Of a stretch of 64,000 nt of DNA, positions 13,015-26,656 are shown one piece after another. Made by a program: the position numbers and the translations under genes. The notes below the pieces were generated by a model that made no database searches, was not told the origin of the DNA, and saw only the letters and a list, made by a program, of their open reading frames with translations. Position 1 is the stretch's first letter. The number at the start of each line of letters is the position of its first letter. Origin of the DNA: Felis catus (lineage: Eukaryota); contig NC_058368.1 in assembly GCF_018350175.1 (NCBI RefSeq), positions 53,136,001-53,200,000 of the forward strand. The letters run 5' to 3'.

Positions 13015-13209
13015 GAGTGTTCAGCTTTAAATGTCCCGTAGACACATTAGCTTCATCCTTAACAGACACACGTGAACACACACCCATCCTCAATTTTGTG
13101 TCTATGAGTATAGTATGACTATTTCTTATCTTTTATCATCATCTTGTCTCTAAAATGTTGATATTTTGTCCATCATAACTGTGGCAATGATTCATTGATT
13201 TTTATTTTT

Positions 13210-13320
13210 TTTAATATTTTATTAAAATGTTATTTGTCTTGATTACTGAGCTTTGGGTGACCCTCTTAAATTTTGAGTCTAAAGCAAGTGCCTGCACATG
13301 CTTCATCCTAGTCCTGGTCA
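13210..13320. mobile_element. Probable hAT DNA-transposon remnant (MER91-like)
   Basis: ccctcttaaattttgagtctaaagcaagtgcc...catcctagtcctgg resembles a MER91 end as recalled. Confidence 0.45.
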
Positions 13321-13411
13321 TCGGCTGTGGTTCTGGTTGCATAACACCTCTTTTTCTCTAAGTATTCTCTGAGTCTGGCTCTCTACCTTCATAGAAAATC
13401 CATATGTTCTC

Positions 13412-13895
13412 CCTAAATGTCCATCAACTGATGAATGGATAAAGAAGATGTTGTTTATATATACAATGGAATACTACTTGGCAATAAGAAAGAATGAAAT
13501 CCTGCCATTTGCAGCAATGTGAATGGGAACTGGAGTGTATTATGCTATATCTCAGTCAGAAAAAGACAGATATTGTGTGTTTTCACTCATGTGGAACTTC
13601 AGAAACTTAACAGAAGACCATAGGGGAAGGGAAGGGGAAAAAATAGTTACAAACAGAGAGGGGGGGAGGCAAACCATAAAAGACTCTTAAATACAGAGAA
13701 CAAACTGAGGGTTGATGGCGGGGGGGGGGGTGCAGGGGAGAGGAGAAAATGGGTGATGGGCACTGAGGAGAGCACTTGTTGGGATGAGCACTGGGTGTTG
13801 TATGTAAGCAATGAATCATGGGAATCTACCCCCAAAACCAAGAGCATGTTGTATACACTGTATGTTAGCCAACTTGACAATAAGTTATATTTTTA
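13412..13895 (+). mobile_element. 5'-truncated carnivore L1 3' fragment
   Basis: cctaaatgtccatcaactgatgaatgg ORF2 end plus G-rich 3'UTR; degenerate TSD aaaatccat...ctc. Confidence 0.92.
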
Positions 13896-14367
13896 AAAAT
13901 CCATGCTCTCTCAATAACTTTTCAATAAATGCCTGTTCTATTTAAGTCAGCCAGGGTCCCTTTCTATACTTTGAATCTATGAAGAATGAACAAATGGGAA
14001 AAGGAGGAAGACTACTCAAAATTATACCACTGAGAAGTCATCCACATTCTGAAAACCTTATATGTAAGTACTCAAATTTCCGACAAAGTAACAAGTCCAA
14101 GTATTTATTGGCTGGAAAATTCATGGTACAAACTTCAACGCAGGCCAGTGGGACTTGTTTAATGCACCAGGGTGCATTATCACGGTATAGTATGTATTAC
14201 AAGCACCTGCTTCTTTGTCAGGGAAAACAGAGTTAGTTCCTACTTATCTGTAAATCTCAATTTCTTCATAAGATTATTGTGAGGAATAAGTAAGAAAAAT
14301 GTAAATTACTTAACATAGTGTCAGGCACACATTACATGCTCAATTAATGTTTGTGGAAGCAGAGACG

Positions 14368-14676
14368 GTAATGGTAAGTTGTGTCTGTTTGTTATACAGA
14401 ACAGCTAATCTCAAGAAATCCTTAATAAATACATGAATAAATGGAAATCCTTAAGGACTTGAGTACTTATATATGGGAATATAATGGAAAAGCTCAAACT
14501 TAGGAACTTCATGATAAACACAAAAAAATCTTGTCCCTCAATGTCAGAATAAGGTTTGCAGAATGTGGATGACTTCTCAGAAGTATAATTTCGAGTATTC
14601 TTCCCCCTTTTCCTATTTATTCACAGTAATGGTAAATTTTGTCTGCTTGTTATACAGAACAGATAATCTCAAGAAA
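14368..14676 (+). repeat. 51 bp direct repeat pair (14368-14418 and 14626-14676)
   Basis: gtaatggtaagttgtgtctgtttgttatacagaacagctaatctcaagaaa versus gtaatggtaaattttgtctgcttgttatacagaacagataatctcaagaaa; 4 mismatches. Confidence 0.9.
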
Positions 14677-14728
14677 CTGGGTTTTCCCCAATTAAATTTA
14701 TATCTATTTAATAGAAAATATCTCTACA

Positions 14729-15207
14729 GGGGTGCCTGGGTGGCTCAGTCGGTTGAGCATCCAGCTTCAGCTCAGGTGATGATCTCGCAGTCTGTTCATT
14801 CGAGCCCCGCCTCGGGCTCCGTGCTGACGGCTCAGAGCCTGGCGCCTGCTTCGGATTCTGTGTCCCCCTCTCTCTCTGCCCCTCCCCCACTCATGCTCTG
14901 TCTCTCTCTTGTCTCAGAAATAAATAAACACTAAAAAAATTTAAAAAAAAAAATAATAGGGGCACCTGGGTGGCTCCGTCGGTTAAGCATCGGACTTCGG
15001 CTCAGGTCATGATCTCGTGGTTCGTGAGTTCAAGCCCCGCATCAGGCTCTGTGCTGACAGCTCGGAGCCTGGAGCCTGTTTCCGATTCTGTGTCTCCCTC
15101 TCTCTCTCTGACCCAACCCCGTTTGTGCTCTGTCTCTCTCTGTCTCAAAAATAAATAAACGTTTAAAAAAAAATGTTTTTAAATAATAATAATAAAAAAG
15201 AAAAAAA
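14729..15207 (+). mobile_element. Two tandem CanSINEs; the second (from 14959) inserted in the A tail of the first
   Basis: Outer TSD agaaaatatctctaca at 14713-14728 and 15208-15223; inner TSD aaataata at 14951-14958 and 15181-15188. Confidence 0.95.
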
Positions 15208-17792
15208 AGAAAATATCTCTACAATCTTTTCTGGGAAGCATCTTATTGAAACCAATAAGTTCTATCTAGAACTCCAGTTCAGGTGCCATCTTGCCCAAAT
15301 TCAGGGAGTGCTATTTACATTATAGTCCAAAGAAATGGTACTCCCTGGAGTTGTGCAGTATACAGCCTGCACCTGTGTATAGCAGCTCTGTTTCAACTTT
15401 CAATTTTAGCAAATAATACAATGATCATGAGCTAAAACTCTTTTATTTTTTAATCATCTATCTTAAAACAAGCAATAATTAATATAATATCAGAATAGCA
15501 AATATAGATTCAATATTTTGTTGCTTGTCTTTTTGTTTTAATTATAGGCACCAAAAAGTATTTTGATTTTCAGAATGTTGGGGGAATACTTGTTAATAAA
15601 GCATTTTTTTTGTTCAGATTGAGTAGGACTTGCAATCTTAATTGTATGCCTCTTTATCCAGAGTGGATATTAATTCTATAGGTAGGTGATTGAGCATCTA
15701 AAATTTTGTTACTCTCATGAATTATATATCAGGCTTATCATTAACAGAGAAAAACCTCAATTTATAGGCCATGTTAAAAATACAAGATTCATCTGGATTA
15801 AAAAATAACTAAATAATACTGTGGTTTTCCCTGAGAAATTTTCATTTGTTAAAAAGAAACTAATGTTCAATTTTGGGAACACATGTTGGAAATCACTTTC
15901 TTCATTCTCAGAGGATTTCTAGCTGAATGATGTCTCTTCAAAGGAATATGGAACTCTGGTAGAACCTGTGATGTGATAATCTAAATATGTAATTACGTAG
16001 CAGATTCTTCTTTATGTCTGTAAGCAAAGGATTTAATATGCAATGGAATTCCTTATTTAACAATTTTTAATGGCCTAGTCTAAGCAGTCTTTATTATATT
16101 ATCATAATTATCATTATTATACACTTCTATCAGAATTGAAGTTTGGTGATTCAATGATGGTAGTTCAGAAAATAGGTGCCCTAATCTGTATTTGTGCCAG
16201 ATTTAGTGGGTGGCAGAAAGCAGTGGAGGGAAGGATGGAGGGAAATACCCAGACATAGTGCTCTTAAAAGACATTATCCTTGCTTATATGAGTAAAAATA
16301 TCAGAAGTAGCAGATAATTTGAGTCAATTTATCCCTAAGAATCGAAACCAGAATCTTCTGGAAAAACTTAGTATCCTGCTCACATTTGTCTTTTTGCCTT
16401 GTCTTTTTTACTTTGCAATACTTTTATCACCACCTAGGGGCAAGGCAAACAAGCAAGAAGCTCTTTTTTCACCACTAAGTCATTCCTAAATTATATGGTA
16501 TCTGAATCAAAAAGACATTTATGATTTCAAATGATTGCTTGGCTTTTTTCTTCCAATAAAAGTCAATCTTTTATTATGTACTTCTTCTTTGTCTCAAATA
16601 TGATTTTAAAATATAAACTGATTTTTGTAATACATGAATATCATCTTTTAGTTTTATCATTGTGTCTCTTCTTATATGTCAATTTGTCAAAAACTTTTCT
16701 ATTTATTTTGAGCAAATTTCAACTTAAAAGAACAAGTCTACTTTTATAAATGTTCAGCACTTAGTCCTTTAAATTAAATCCTATGAAAAACATTTGCAAA
16801 GTGTACAATACAGTAACTTTGGATTATACATAATATCAAATCATACTAGTAAAGCTCTTTTGCTAAAATTATTTAAAAGTAATCTAATTTCAATGGGACA
16901 ACATTGAGTGAGGTAATATTCATATTATAGGAAAAGAGAGAAAAGGGGGGAGAAAACAATCAGAAGAAATAATGGCTGAAAACTTCCTTAACCTAGGGAA
17001 GGAAACAGACATCCAGAGCCAAGAAGCCCAGATAGTTCTAAATAAGATAAACTTGAACAGATCCACACCAAGTCACATATAATTAAAATGTCAAAAGTTA
17101 AAGATAGATAATCTCCAAAGCAGCAAAAGAAAAACAAATTATTACATACAAGGGAAACTCTACAAGGCTATTAGCAGATTTCCCAGCAGAAACTGTGCAG
17201 GCCAGAAGGGAATGTCATGATAAGTTCAAAGTGCTGAAAGCAAAAACCTACCAACCAAGAATACTCTACCTGGCAAGGGTATCATTCAGAGTGAAGGGGA
17301 GATATAATTTTCCAGACAAGCAAAAGCTAAAAGAGTTCATCACTACCAAACCAGCTGTACAAGAAATGTTCAAGTGTCTTTAAGCTGGAAATAAATAGCA
17401 CTAATTAATAACAATAAAATATATGAAAGTAAAAAATCTCATTGGAAAAGGTAAATATATAGTAAAGGTAGTAGATTAATCACTTATGAAGCTACTATGA
17501 AGGATAAAAGACAAAAGTAGCAAAATTAACTAAAATCATAACAATTAGCCAAGAAATACATTAAATAAAATGTAAAATGTGACATCAAAAACATGAAACA
17601 TGACCGGAAAGTAAAAATGTAGAATTTGGGAATGTGTTCAAATTTAAGCTGCTATCAACTTAAAATAGACTGTTAATTACATAGGATGATATATGTAAAC
17701 CACACAGTAAACACAAAGCAAAAATTATAATAAGTGCATTAAAGAAATTTAGAAAGAAAGCTAAACATAACACACATAAAGAAATTTGTCAA

Positions 17793-18715
17793 GATCCTGG
17801 GAAGATGGTGGCGTAGGAGGACGCTGGGCTCACCACGCATCCTGCTGATCACTTAGATTCCACCTACACCTGCCTAAATAACCCGGAAAAATGCCAGAAG
17901 ACTAGCAGAACAGAGTCTTCTGAGCCAAGTGCAGACAAGAGGCCCACGGAAGAGGGTAGGAAGGGCGGAGAGGCGGTACGGGCTACACAGACTGGCAGGA
18001 GGGAGTCAGGCAGAGGGGCGGCCAGCCAGGCAAGGCAAAGCCTCTGAAGTCTGGCTTGCAAAAGCGGAGGGGCCAGACGGAGTGTGTTCTGACATCAAGC
18101 GGGACTTGACATCTGGAAGGTTATAAGTTAACAGCTCTGCTCAGAGAGCGGGAAGGCTGGAGAACAAGTGGAGAGAGAGTTGTTGAGCCCCGGATAACAG
18201 AGTTCAGCTTGGCGGGGAACAAAGTCACTCACCAGCACCATCTCCCTCGCCCATCCCCCAGCCAAAATCCCAAAGGGAACCAGTTCCTGCCAGGGACTTC
18301 CTTGCACCGCGCAAACACCCAATGCTTTGCTTCTGCGGATCCATCCCTCCGAGGGGTCTGACTCCCTCCCGGTGTCACAGGGCCCCTACTGAAGCGGATC
18401 TCCAAAGGAAAAGCAAGCTGAGCCTGCCCCTCCAGATCCTGTGCACCTTGCCGATCCACCCCACTTAATGCGCCAGATCCCCAGCACAACAAGTCTGGCA
18501 GTGTGCAAGTAGCCCAGACTGGCCACGCCACCCCACAGTGAATCCCGACCCTTGGAGAGGGGAAGAGAAGGCACACACCAGTCTGACTGTGGCCCCAGCG
18601 GTGGGCTGGGGGCAGACAGTGGTTCTGACTGCAGCCCCGCCCACCAATGCAAGTTATTCAAGACAGCACAGGGGAAGTGCCCTGCAGTCCCGCACCACTC
18701 CTGAGACTATCCAAA
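17793..18715 (+). promoter_or_regulatory. L1 5'UTR internal promoter
   Basis: GC-rich ~920 bp preceding the ORF1 ATG; a degenerate aagatggtgg (YY1-type aagatggcgg) motif near the 5' end; L1 5'UTRs are known internal Pol II promoters. Confidence 0.75.
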
Positions 18716-19604
18716 ATGACGAAACGGAAGAATTGCCCTCAAAAAAACATCCAGGAAATAACAACAGCTAACGAACTGATCAAAAAGGATTTAAACAATA
18801 TAACAGAAAGTGAATGTAGAATAATACTCATAAAATGAATCGCTGGGCTTGAAAACAGTACAAAGGACAGCAGAGAATCTCTTGCTACAGAGATCAAGGG
18901 ACTAACGAACAGCCAGGAGGAGCTAAAAAATGCTATCAATGAGCTGCAAAATAAAATGGAGACAACCACGGCTCAGATTGAAGAGGCAGAGGAGAGAATA
19001 AGTGAACTAGAAGATAAAATTATGGAAAAAGAAGAAGCTGAGAAAAAGAGAGATAAAAACATCCAGGAGTATGAGGGGAAAATTAGAGAACTAAGTGATG
19101 CACTAAAGAGAAATAATCTACGTATAATTGGTATCCCAGAGGAGGAAGAGAGAAGGAAAGGTGCTGAAGGTGTACTTGAAGAAATAATAGCTGAGGACTT
19201 CCCGGATCTGGGGAAGGAAAAAGGCATTGAAATCCAAGAGGCACAGAGAACTCCCTTCAGACATAACTTGAATCGATCTTCTGCATGACATATCATAGTG
19301 AAACTGGCAAAATACAAGGATAAAGAGAAAATTCTGAAAGCAGCTAGAGATAAACGTACTCTAACATATAAAGGGAGACCTATAAGACTCGTGACCGATC
19401 TCTTTACTGAAATTTGGCAGGCCAGAAAGGAATGGCAGGAGATCTTCAATGTGTTGAACAGAAAAATACGCAGCCAAGAATCCTTTATCCAGCAAGTCTG
19501 TCATTTAGAATAGAAGGAGAGATAAAGGTCTTCCCAAACAAACAAAAACTGAAGGAATTCATCACCACTAAACCAGCCCTAAGATCCTAAGGGGGATCCT
19601 GTGA
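18716..19604 (+). pseudogene. L1 ORF1p (RNA-binding), disrupted
   Basis: MTKRKNCPQK... start, coiled-coil segment, RNNLRIIGIPE motif; stops at 18836 and 19286 and a frameshift near 19470. Confidence 0.9.
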
Positions 19605-19654
19605 GACAAAGTACCAGAGACATCACTACAAGCATGAAACCTATGGACATCACA

Positions 19655-22600
19655 ATGACTCTAAACCCGTATCTTTCTATAATAACACTGAATGTAAATG
19701 GACTAAATGCGCCAACCAAAAGACATAGGGTATCAGAATGGATAAAAAAAAAAGATCCATTTATTTGCTGTCTACAAGAGACTCATTTTAGACCTGAGGA
19801 CACCTTCAGATTGAGAGTGAGGGGATGGAGAACTATTTATCATGCCACTGGAAGTCAAAAGAAAGCTGGAGTAGCCATACTTACATCAGACAAACTAGAC
19901 TTTCAATTAAAGGCTGTAACAAGAGATGAATAAGGGCATTATATAATAATCACAGGGTCTATCCATCAGGAAGAGCTAACAATTATAAATGTCTATGCGC
20001 CGAATACAGGAGCCCCCAAATATATAAAACAATTACTCACAAACATAAGCAAACTTATTGATAAGAATGTGGTAATTGCAGGGGACTTTAACACTCCACT
20101 TACAGAAATGGATAGATCATCTAGACAGAGAATCAATAAACAAGGGCCCTGAATGATACAGTGGATCAGATGGACTTGACAGATATATTTAGAACTCTTC
20201 ATCCTAAAGCAACAGAATATACTTTCTTCTTGAGTGCACATGGAACATTCTCCAAGATAGATCACATACTGGGTCACAAAACAGCCCTTCATAAGTAAGC
20301 AAGAATTGAAATCATACCATGCATACTTTCAGACCACAATGCTATGAAACTTGAAATCAACCACAGGAAAAAGTCTGGAAAACCTCCACAAGCAAGGAGG
20401 TTAAAGAACACCCTACTAAAGAATGAATGGGTCAACCAGGCAATTATGGAAGAAATTTAAAAATATATGGAAACAAATGAAAATGAAAATACAACAATCC
20501 AAATGCTTTGGGATGCAGTGAAGGCAGTCCTGAGAGGAAAATACATTGCAATCCAGGCCTATCTCAAGAAACAAGAAAAATCCCAAATACAAAATCTAAC
20601 AGCACACCTAAAGGAAATAGAAGCAGAACAGAAAAGATAGCCTAAATCCAGCAGAAGAAGAGAAATAATAAAGATCAGAGTAGAAATAAACAATATAGAA
20701 TCTAAAAAAACTGTAGAGCAGATCAACGAAACCAAGAGTTGGTTTTTTGAAAAAATAAACAAAATTGATAAACCTCTAGCAGGCTTCTTAAAAAGAAAAG
20801 GGAGATGACCCAAATAGATAAAATCATGAACGAAAATGGAATTATTACAACTAATCCCTCAGAGATACAAGCAATGATCAGGGAATACTATGAAAAATTA
20901 TATGCCAACAAACTGGACAACCTGGAAGAAATGGACAAATTCCTAAACACCCACACACTTCCAAAACTCAATCAGGAGGAAATACAAAGCTTTAACAGAC
21001 CCAAAACCAGCAAAGATATTGAATCAGTCATCAAAAATCTCCCAAAAAATAAGAGTCCAGGACCAGATGGCTTCCCAGGGGAGTTCTACCAGACGTTTAA
21101 AGCAGAGATAATACCTATCCTTCTCAAGCTATTCCAAGAAATAGAAAGGGAAGGAAAACTTCCAGACTCATTCTATGAAGCCAGTATTACTTTGATTCCT
21201 AAACCAGACAGAGACCCAGTAAAAAAAGAGAACTACCGGCCTATATCCCTGATGAATATGGATGCAAAAATTCTCAATAAGATACTAGCAAATCGAATTC
21301 AACAGCATATAAAAAGAATGATTCACCATGATCAAGTGGGATTCATTCCTGGGATGCAGGGCTGGTTCAACATTCGTAAATCAATCAACGTGATACATCA
21401 CATTAATAAAAGAAAAGATAAGAACTATATGATCCTGTCAATCGATGCAGAAAAGGCCTTTGACAAAATTCAGCACCCTTTCTTAATAAAAACCCTCAAA
21501 AAAGTCAGGATAGAAGGAACATACTTAAAGATCATAAAAGCCATTTATGAAAAGCCCACAGCTAACATCATCCTCAATGGGGAAAAACTGAGAGCTTTTT
21601 CCCTGAGATCAGGAACATGACAGGGATGTCCACTCTCACCACTGTTGTTTAACATAGTGTTGGAAGTGCTAGCATCAGCAATCAGGCAACAAAAGGAAAT
21701 CAAAGGCATCAAAATTGGCAAAGATGAAGTTAAGCTTTCACTTTTTGCAGATGACATGATACTATACATGGAAAATCCGATAGACTCCACCAAAAGTTTG
21801 CTAGAACTGATACATGAATTTAGCAAAGTTGCAGGATACAAAATCAATGTCCAGAAATCAGTTGCATTCTTATACACTAATAATGAAGCAACAGAAAGAC
21901 TAATAAAGAAACTGATCCCATTCACAATTGCACCAAGAAGCATAAAATACCTAGGGATAAATCTAACCAAAGATGTAAAAGATCTGTATGCTGAAAACTA
22001 TAGAAAGCTTATGAAGGAAATTGAAGAAGATATAAAGAAATGGAAAAATATTCCCTGCTCATGGATTGGAAGAATAAATATTGTCAAAATGTCAATACTA
22101 CCCAAAGCTATCTACACGTTCAATGCAATCCCAACCAAAATTGCACCAGCATTCTTCTCGAAACTAGAACAAGCAATCCTAAAATTCATATGGAACCACA
22201 AAAGGCCCCGAATAGCCAAAGTAATTTTGAAGAAGAAGACCAAAGCAGGAGGCATCACAATCCTACACTTTAGCCTCTACTACAAAGCTGTCATCATCAA
22301 GACAGCATAGTATTGGCACAAAAACAGACACATAGATCAATGGAATAGAATAGAAACCCCAGAACTAGACCCACAAACGTATGGCCAACTAATCTTTGAC
22401 AAAGCAGGAAAGAATATCCAATGGAAAAAAGACAGTCTCTTTAACAAATGGTGCTGGGAGAACTGGACAGCAACATGCAGAAGATTGAAACTAGACCACT
22501 TTCTCACACCATTCACAAAAATAAACTCAAAATGGATGAAGGACCTGAATGTGAGACAGGAAACCATCAAAACCCTACAGGAGAAAGCAGGAAAAGACCT

Positions 22601-23474
22601 CTCCGACCTCAGCCGTAGCAATTTCTTACTTGACACATCCCCAAAGGCAAGGGAATTAAAAGCAAAAGTGAATTACTGGGACCTTATGAAGATAAAAAGC
22701 TTCTGCACAGCAAAGGAAACAACCAACAAAACTAAAAGGTAACCAACGGAATGGGAAAAGATATTTGCAAATGACATATCGGACAAAGGGCTAGTATCCA
22801 AAATCTATAAAGAGCTCACCAAACTCCACACCCAAAAAACAAATAACCCAGTGAAGAAATGGGCAGAAAACATGAATAGACACTTCTTTAAAGAAGACAT
22901 CCAGATGGCCAACAGGCACATGAAAAGATGCTCAACGTTGCTCCTCACCAGGGAAATACGAATCAAAACCACACTCAGATATCACCTCACGCCAGTCAGA
23001 GTGGCCAAAATGAACAAATCAGGAGACTATAGATGTTGGCGAGGATGTGGAGAAACGGGAACCCTCTTGCACTGTTGGTGGGAATGCAAATTGGTGCAGC
23101 CGCTCTGGAAAACAGTGTGGAGGTTCCTCAAAAAATTAAAAATAGGTCTACCCTATGACCCAGCAATAGTACTGCTAGGAATTTACCCAAGGGATACAGG
23201 AGTACTGATGCATAGGGCCACTTGTACCCCAATGTTTATAGCAGCACTCTCAACAATAGCCAAATTATGGAAAGAGCCTAAATGTCCATCAACTGATGAA
23301 TGGATAAAGAAATTGTGGTTTACATACACAATGGAGTACTACGTGGCAATGAGAAAGAATGAAATATGGCCCTTTGTAGCAACATGGATGGAACTGGAGA
23401 GTGTGATGCTAAGTGAAATAAGCCATACAGACAGAGACAGATACCATATGGTTTCACTCTTAGGTGGATCCTGA
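19655..23474 (+). pseudogene. L1 ORF2p (APE endonuclease, reverse transcriptase, Cys-rich domain), disrupted
   Basis: SIITLNVNGLN and CCLQETH (EN), [15 protein letters not shown] and LFADDM (RT), CWRGC...HCWWEC; stops at 19931, 21618, 22308 and 22740 among others. Confidence 0.95.
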
Positions 23475-24678
23475 GAAACTTAACAGAAACCCATGGGGGA
23501 GGGGAAGAAAAAAAAAGGAGGTTAGAGTGGGAGAGAGTCAAAGCATAAGAGACTCTTAAAAACTGAGAACAAACTGAGGGTTGATGGGGGGTGGGAGGGA
23601 GGGGAGTGTGGGTGATGGGTATTGAGGAGGGCACCTTTTGGGATGAGCACTGGGTGTTGTATGGAAACCAATTTGACAATAAACTTCATATATTGAAAAA
23701 AAAAGAAATTTGTCAAACTGTAAGAGAAGAAAGAAAAGGAAGGAACAGATAGGAGCTATAAAAACAATCAGATAACAATCAACAAAATAGCAATAAGTAC
23801 ATACCTATCAATAATTACTTTAAATATAATAGACTAAATTTGCCAATCAAAAAACATAGAGTGGTTTAATAGATAAAAAAAAAATAAGACACATCTTTAT
23901 ATTGCCTATAATAGACTCACGTCAGAAGTCAGGAAACACACAGGCTGAAAGAGAAGGAATAGAAAAAGATATTCCAAGCAAAAGGAAATGAAAAAAGAAA
24001 AAAATGTGGTATAGCTATACTCATATCAGACAAAATTGACTTTAAAACAAAGACTGTAATAAAACACAGAGGGACATTACATAATGATGAAGGGGTCAAT
24101 CCAGCAAAAAGATATAACATTTATAAATATATATGCAACCAACATAAGAGCATTAAAATATATAAAGCAAACATTAACAGATGTAAAGGGAAAAATTAAC
24201 AGCAAAACAGTAACAGTGAGGGCTTTAACAGTCCACTTCCATCAATGGACAGATCATCCAGACAGAAAATCAATAAGGAAACATCAGCCTTAAATGACAC
24301 ATTAGATGTTTTTTATTAAGATGGACTTTTATTATTTTTATTAAAATGAGATTAATAGATACAAACAAAACATTCCATCCAAATGGTCATGTTACATTCT
24401 TCAGGATAGATCACATGTTAAGATACAAAAAAAGGCTCAATAAATTTAAGAAAATTAAATCATATCAAGCATTTTTTCTGACCATAATGGTATGATATTA
24501 GAAATAAATTACAAGAAGAAAACTGGACAAGCTACAAATACATGGTGATTAAACAACATGTTACTGAGCTACTACTGGGTCACTGAAGAAATCAAAGGAA
24601 AAATAAAAAAACAACTAGAAACAAATGAAAACAGAAATATGACATAGCAAAATCTATGGTATGCTGCAAAAGCAGTTT

Positions 24679-25731
24679 TTTTTTAATTTAGGATATTTAT
24701 TTCCTTTATCATCATTTCAAAATATATATTTTCTATATATTTTTTAATTTAAATTCAAGTTAGTTAACATATAGTATAATAATGGTTTCAGAAGAATCTA
24801 GTGATTCATCACTTATATATAACATTCAGTGCTCATCCCAACAAGTGCCCTCATTAATGTCTATCACCCATTTTGCCCATCCTCCCACCCCAAAGTCCTC
24901 CAGCAACCCTCAGTTTTTTCTGTCTTTAAGAGTCTCTTATGGTTTGTCTCCTTCTCTCTTTTTATCTTATTTTTCCTTCCCTTCTCTTATGTTCATCTAT
25001 TTTATTTCTTAAATTTCACATATGGGTGAAATCATATGATATTTACCTTTCTCTGATTTATTTCACTTAGCATAATTCAGTCTGGTTCCATCCATGTTTT
25101 TGCAAATAGCAAGATTTCATTGTTTTTGATCACTGAGTAATATTACATTGGATATATACACCACATCTTCTTTATCCATTCATCAGTCGATGGAATTTGG
25201 GGTCTTTCCATAATTTGGCTATTGTTGATAGTGCTGCTATAAACATTGGGGTGCATGTTCCCCTTTGAATCAGCATTTTTGTATCCTTTGGATAAATACC
25301 TGGTAATGCAAATGCTAGGCCATAGGGTAACTCTATTTTTAATTTTTGAGTTACCGCCAAACTATTCTCAAAAATGGCTGCACCAGTTTGCATTCCCATC
25401 AACAATGCAAAAGGGTTCCCCTTTCTTCACATCCAAAGTTTTCTAAGTTGTTAATTTTAACTCTTTTGATGGGTGTGAGGTGGTATCTCATTGTGATTTT
25501 TATTTGTACTTCCCTGATGATGAGTGATGTTGAGCATCTTTTCATGTGTCTGTGTCTTTTCATGTGTCTTTTCATCCAGCCACCTGGATGTCTTCTTTGG
25601 AAAAGAGACTGTTCATGTCTTTTGCCCATTTCTTCACTGATTATTTGATTTTTGGGTGTTGAGTTTCATAAGTTCTTTATAGATTTTGGATACCCTTTAT
25701 CCAATATGTCATTTGCAAATATCCTTTCCCA
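24679..25731 (-). mobile_element. 5'-truncated antisense L1 nested in the older L1, with extra 3' sequence
   Basis: Perfect TSD ctgcaaaagcagttt at 24664-24678 and 25732-25746; ORF2 C-terminal remnants on the minus strand. Confidence 0.93.
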
Positions 25732-25801
25732 CTGCAAAAGCAGTTTCAAGAAAAAAGATTATATGCAATACAGGCTTACCTCAAGAAACAACACAAATCT
25801 T

Positions 25802-26021
25802 GGGGCACTTGGGTGGCTCAGTCAGTTAAGCATCTGACTTTGGCTCAGGTCATGATCTCACAGTTTGTGAGTTCAAGCCCCTCATCGGACTCTGTGCTGA
25901 CAGCTTAGAGCCTGGAGCCTGCTTCGAACTCTGTGTCTCCCTCTCTCTCTGCTCCTCCCCTGCTCATGCTCTGTCTCTCTCTCTCTCTCCTTCAAAAACA
26001 AATAAAAACACTTAAAAAAAA
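25802..26021 (+). mobile_element. CanSINE
   Basis: TSD aagaaacaacacaaatct at 25783-25800 and 26022-26039. Confidence 0.95.
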
Positions 26022-26656
26022 AAGAAACAACACAAATCTCAAATAAACAGTCTAACTTCACATGTAAAGGGTCTAAAGAGGGAAGAACAAAGGAATCCCA
26101 AAGTTAGTAGGAGGAAGGAAATAATAAAGATCAGAATGGAGACAAATGAAATAGAAACTAAAAAGATAAAAGAAAAGATCAATGAAACTAAAACCTGGTT
26201 CTACAAAAAGATGAACAAAATTCACAAATCTTTACCTATACTTACCAAGAAGAAAAGAGAGTTCAAATAAATAAAATTGGAAAGGAAAGAGAAGATACAA
26301 CTGATACCACAGAAATACAAAAAAAAATCATAAGACACTACTATAAAAAATTAGACAACCTAGAAGCAGTGAATAAATTCCTAGAAACACAATATTCCAA
26401 GACTGACTCATGAAGAAATAGAAATTCTGAATAGACAGATTACTCATAAAAAGATTGAATTAGTAATCAAAAACCTCACAACAAATAAAAATCCAGTACC
26501 AGGCAGATGCACTGGTAAATTCTACCAAACATTCAAGGAAGATTTAATAGGAATCTTTCTCAAACTCTTCTAAAAAATTGAAATGGAGGGAATGTTTCCA
26601 AACTCATTCTATGAGGCCAGCATTATACTGATACCAAAATCAGACAAGGACACCAC

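Larger units (their letters stand above)
17793..23701 (+). mobile_element. Full-length feline LINE-1 with disabled ORFs
   Basis: GC-rich 5'UTR, ORF1, short spacer, ORF2, 3'UTR, short A tail; perfect 15 bp TSD aaagaaatttgtcaa at 17778-17792 and 23702-23716. Confidence 0.97.

Noticed and set aside
14563..15158. Recurrent ORFs containing AQVMIS...SSPASGSVLTAQSLEPASDSVSPSLSAPP (also many elsewhere)
   Set aside because: Generic CanSINE translations, not a gene family.
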